From the IMG/VR virus record IMGVR_UViG_3300011443_000007, positions 1 to 47,265 of that record: a stretch of DNA of 47,265 bases; one strand, 5' to 3'. The DNA comes from a virus (Duplodnaviria; Caudoviricetes). The position numbers and the translations under genes were made by a program. Shown piece by piece: positions 43,971 through 47,265 of the stretch. The first letter of the stretch is position 1, and each line of letters starts with the position of its first letter. A model generated the notes under the pieces. It worked only from the letters and a program-made list of their open reading frames with translations. It ran no database searches and was not told the origin of the DNA.

Positions 43971-45979
43971 TGCCAGTTCCGATTCAAATCCAGCTCTACG
44001 ATGCCTTCCTAGGCACGCAGGAGGGGATTCATTCGATCATCCTCCCGGACATATTCAGCTCCGGCGGGTCGAAGAATGTCTACATTGACAAATTCGCCCG
44101 TGTCGCGCAGATCGAAGGCTACGACAACGCGAACAGCGCGGCTTACACCACCGATACCGGCGCGACTGCGGCGAGAATCCGGGGTCTGATCCCGTATCGG
44201 TCCACGTCAGGGGGTTCGATCACCCGCAAGTTGTTGTTTGTGCTCGATGATGCAGTGAATGAGTGGGAAATCTGGGTTTCCAGCGACAACGGCGCAACCG
44301 GGACGTTTCTCTACGACGACGGTGCGGATGCGGTGGGGATCTCCCCCGACGCAGCTCAGTTCGGCGATGACATCTACATCACCAACGGCAAGATGGTCCC
44401 CCGGGTGTATGATGGGAGCACGATCGCCGCGGCTGGTGGGACACAAAGCCCGACCATCACCGCTACCGAGAGTGCGAACACCGGAAACCTCACCGGCAAT
44501 TACCGATACAAGCTAGTATCGACGATCGCAGGTGCGCGGCAGATTGGCTCTGTCGCCTCGACCTCCGTTCTCTGCTCCGGCAAGCAGGTAAGCCTTGATT
44601 GGACCGATGATGCGGACACGGATGTCGATGGGTATGAAATCTACCGCACGACCGGGACCGGGACAACCTACTATTACCTAACCAGTATCGACGGTCGCAC
44701 CAACTCGCTATACACCGACAACATCAGCGACATCACCCTGCTGGAACAGCGGATCATGGAGGAGCATGGCGATGCCCCTCCCGAAGTCTACTTCTGCGAG
44801 CCGCATAAATCCCGCATGTGGTGGATGAAGACCGATACTTACCCGACGCGGGGTTATTGGTCGGATCCGGGCGACCCGGAATCAGTATACGAGGAAAACT
44901 ACCTCGACTTCTCCGATTCTGAAACCGTCGGTGATGAAATCACCGGCGCGCTCGGTAACTACGAAGGCTTGCTGGTGGTGTTCACCGAGAAAGCCGTCTG
45001 GACCGTAAGCGGCACCGGCACAATTATCGGCGACATCGTTGACTTCACCAAGACACGCACAAACGTCGGTGTTGGGTCGGTAAGCCACCGGACTTGCGTA
45101 AGGATCCCCGCTGGGAGCAAGTATTCGGATAGTGAAGGCAAGAAGCAAACCACCACAGTCGCGTCCCTGGCATACTTCACCCCTCTTGGTGATATCCGGC
45201 TGTTTGAAGGGGATAATGACCAGATCGTAAGCCACCCGGTTCGGGATACGCTCAGTGAGTTCAACTACGCGCAAAGGAAAAAGTTCTGGGCGATGGTCGA
45301 CACGGCCAACGACCAGGCGATGTGGTTCTTCGCTACCGGCGCGAACGGGGAGTGTAACAAGGCTGTAGTGTGGAACTATCGCCACGGTGTGTGGTATGAA
45401 TGGACCCCGCTCTCGATGTCGCATGGGGTCAACCTCGACTCATCCACCGATCACAGTGTCCTCCTGACCGGCGAGGCTTCCACTACCACCGGGGCGTTTA
45501 TCTACAACTTCTTCACCGGGGACAGCTTCAACGGCTCTAACATCGAAGCGATCTGGATGACCAAGACCCTCTACGGGGTCGATGACCAAGGCAAGCCGGC
45601 GATGAGCCACCGCAAACGGTGGCGATGGATCGATGTCCTCTTCCGCATCGACGCGGATCGGGATGTGACGATCGAATGGCTCCAAGGCGGGTCGCCCAAC
45701 AACGCATCGGCGATTGGATCGGCGACGATCACTCCTGATGCGGAATTGCTCATCACGGCGGACGGATCCACGATCCTCACCGCCGACGGGAGCTCCATCC
45801 TCCTCGCTGCGGCGACCGCCCAGGAGAAAGCCTTCCTCCACACCGCCGCGGGCGATTACCTGCACGATGAGGGGCTCAGGCTCCGGATCAGCACCAACGA
45901 CACCCTCGGGGGATGGGCTCTTGAGGCATTCCAACTCGCGTACCAGATCATGCCGGGACTGAAGAGAAGGGACCAGTAA
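43970..45979 (+). CDS. Tail nozzle/hub protein (T7 gp12 / P22 gp10-like propeller with FN3-like insert)
   Basis: H..RMW, YWSDPGDPE, GDEITG...LVVF.E.AVW, VG.VS patterns; GYEIYRT insert. Confidence 0.75.
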   Translation: MPVPIQIQLYDAFLGTQEGIHSIILPDIFSSGGSKNVYIDKFARVAQIEGYDNANSAAYTTDTGATAARIRGLIPYRSTSGGSITRKLLFVLDDAVNEWEIWVSSDNGATGTFLYDDGADAVGISPDAAQFGDDIYITNGKMVPRVYDGSTIAAAGGTQSPTITATESANTGNLTGNYRYKLVSTIAGARQIGSVASTSVLCSGKQVSLDWTDDADTDVDGYEIYRTTGTGTTYYYLTSIDGRTNSLYTDNISDITLLEQRIMEEHGDAPPEVYFCEPHKSRMWWMKTDTYPTRGYWSDPGDPESVYEENYLDFSDSETVGDEITGALGNYEGLLVVFTEKAVWTVSGTGTIIGDIVDFTKTRTNVGVGSVSHRTCVRIPAGSKYSDSEGKKQTTTVASLAYFTPLGDIRLFEGDNDQIVSHPVRDTLSEFNYAQRKKFWAMVDTANDQAMWFFATGANGECNKAVVWNYRHGVWYEWTPLSMSHGVNLDSSTDHSVLLTGEASTTTGAFIYNFFTGDSFNGSNIEAIWMTKTLYGVDDQGKPAMSHRKRWRWIDVLFRIDADRDVTIEWLQGGSPNNASAIGSATITPDAELLITADGSTILTADGSSILLAAATAQEKAFLHTAAGDYLHDEGLRLRISTNDTLGGWALEAFQLAYQIMPGLKRRDQ

Positions 45980-45980
45980 G

Positions 45981-46187
45981 ATGCCAAAGCGTAAAGACCT
46001 CGGAACCGGCCCAGAGCCGATGGGGTTCGGGGCAAGGCTCCGATCCCTGATCCAGCAAAAAGGCGACATCGAGCTCCCCAATGAATCCGGGCAGATCGAC
46101 CCCCGCATCCCCCGCACGGGTGAGGCGCTGCTCAAGGCGATGAAAACCTTCCGGGACATCAACCGGCGTCAGGCGGAGAAAAAGTAA
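45981..46187 (+). CDS. Small basic protein
   Basis: TAATG coupling. Confidence 0.5.
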   Translation: MPKRKDLGTGPEPMGFGARLRSLIQQKGDIELPNESGQIDPRIPRTGEALLKAMKTFRDINRRQAEKK

Positions 46188-46738
46188 TGGCCTCCCTTCG
46201 TAAACCCCTCGGCACCGATACGATGATCGACCCCCCGATGGGGCCGGCACGGCCCCGGATGATCACCCCTCCTGGGCCCAAGCTGATGCCTCCAGGAGGC
46301 CTGCGGCCCCAACCGAAGGGGATAACCCCACCCGGACCGCCAAACCTTCCCAGAGGGCCTGTGAGCCCTCCTGGACCCCCTTTGATGCCGCGGGCAGGCC
46401 AAGGACTCGGCAAAGCTGGTCAAGGGGCCGGTGTTCCCGGGAATCCCAACGCAGGCCGGCCTGTTGCAAGGCCAGTGCCGAGGTCGATTACGCCCCCGGG
46501 ACCGAAAAATCTCCCCCCAGCAAGGCCAAAGCCTATGCCGAGGATATCACCCCCGGGGCCTCCGAACATGCCCCCCAACCCGGTTGATGGGATCAACCCG
46601 CCCGGACCGCCCAATCTACCCCCGGTGCATGGTGGTGGTTTCAGCGACCGTGGGCCAATCCCCGAGCCTCCAATGGAATTCGGTGACTTCGGCAACAACG
46701 AGTGGCTAGGCCAGTTGATGAGAATGTTCGCCCAATAA
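46187..46738 (+). CDS. Extremely Pro-rich protein with six xxPPGP repeats
   Basis: ITPPGPKLMP, ITPPGPPNLP, VSPPGPPLMP, ITPPGPKNLP, ISPPGPPNMP, INPPGPPNLP. Confidence 0.6.
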   Translation: MASLRKPLGTDTMIDPPMGPARPRMITPPGPKLMPPGGLRPQPKGITPPGPPNLPRGPVSPPGPPLMPRAGQGLGKAGQGAGVPGNPNAGRPVARPVPRSITPPGPKNLPPARPKPMPRISPPGPPNMPPNPVDGINPPGPPNLPPVHGGGFSDRGPIPEPPMEFGDFGNNEWLGQLMRMFAQ

Positions 46739-46739
46739 C

Positions 46740-47207
46740 ATGGCTGTTAACCAGACCGTAGAAAGCCCAAATTTCGACAAGATCGCCTCCGAAGCAGGCC
46801 AAGTCACATCCGACGCAATCAATCTGCTCTGGTTGGCGATCAATGACTCCCGGGCGACCGAGCGGCGGAATGCCCGGCTCAATCAAGAGCGAGTATACCC
46901 AAAAGTCCTGGTGATGGTCCCGACCGCGACCGTAACAGACCTTGACTTACAAGGGGCATCTGTGCTATCATTCACAGGCACGACAGCAGTGAATGTGACG
47001 GGTTTCATCGCCCCGGAAACCAACCAGACCCGGATTGTGTTCTGCCAAGTAAGCGGATCAGCCACGATCACCTTTCAGAACGCTGTCACATCCCAGACCG
47101 CAAACCAATTAGTGCTCAGCACTGGTGCGGATACTGCCCGGGCGACGAATACCGGCATCGTGTTCGCGTATCTGGCAAGCAAGTGGCGTGAAGTAGCGAG
47201 GACTTAA
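46740..47207 (+). CDS. Small tail protein sharing a beta module with the 43017..43970 fibre
   Basis: F.G....VTGF....Q......SGS....F pattern in both proteins. Confidence 0.55.
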   Translation: MAVNQTVESPNFDKIASEAGQVTSDAINLLWLAINDSRATERRNARLNQERVYPKVLVMVPTATVTDLDLQGASVLSFTGTTAVNVTGFIAPETNQTRIVFCQVSGSATITFQNAVTSQTANQLVLSTGADTARATNTGIVFAYLASKWREVART

Positions 47208-47265
47208 CATGGCGATTGACTGGGGCAAGCTGTTTGAAAAGAATCTCCCGACCGGCCTCATGGCG

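Noticed and set aside
47143-47265. 123-bp end repeat as a biological terminal repeat
   Set aside because: It falls across two coupled structural genes and is more simply an assembler overlap on a circular contig

Overview
This looks like a complete, circularly permuted, GC-rich tailed-phage genome of about 47.1 kb (bases 1-123 recur at 47143-47265). It has a podovirus-like layout with no tape-measure gene or integrase. A + strand late arm (about 30.4 kb, running through the window junction to 7.5 kb) encodes terminase, portal, scaffold, major capsid, adaptor, nozzle, fibre-like and Pro/Gly-rich internal proteins, then an M15 endolysin, a metallophosphoesterase and a lipoprotein serine protease. 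A - strand early/replication arm (28.2 to 7.5 kb) encodes many small genes, a PD-(D/E)xK nuclease, a Sak4-like ATPase, a probable SSB, an N6-adenine methylase, a family A polymerase split into two ORFs, nucleotide hydrolases and a GH-A-like glycosidase. A RepA-like helicase is inverted inside this arm. Two things stand out. (1) The control region between the arms holds seven sigma54-type -24/-12 boxes in both orientations, paired TGT-N12-ACA palindromes and (TG)n tracts. (2) The early arm carries a candidate phospho-signalling module: a PPDK-like ATP-grasp/swivelling-His phosphotransferase with an unassigned C-terminal domain, an adjacent CX5R phosphatase, two RapZ-C-like paralogues and two unassigned 'WD-x4-LRGPD' paralogues. 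All calls come from motif recognition by eye; no searches were run.
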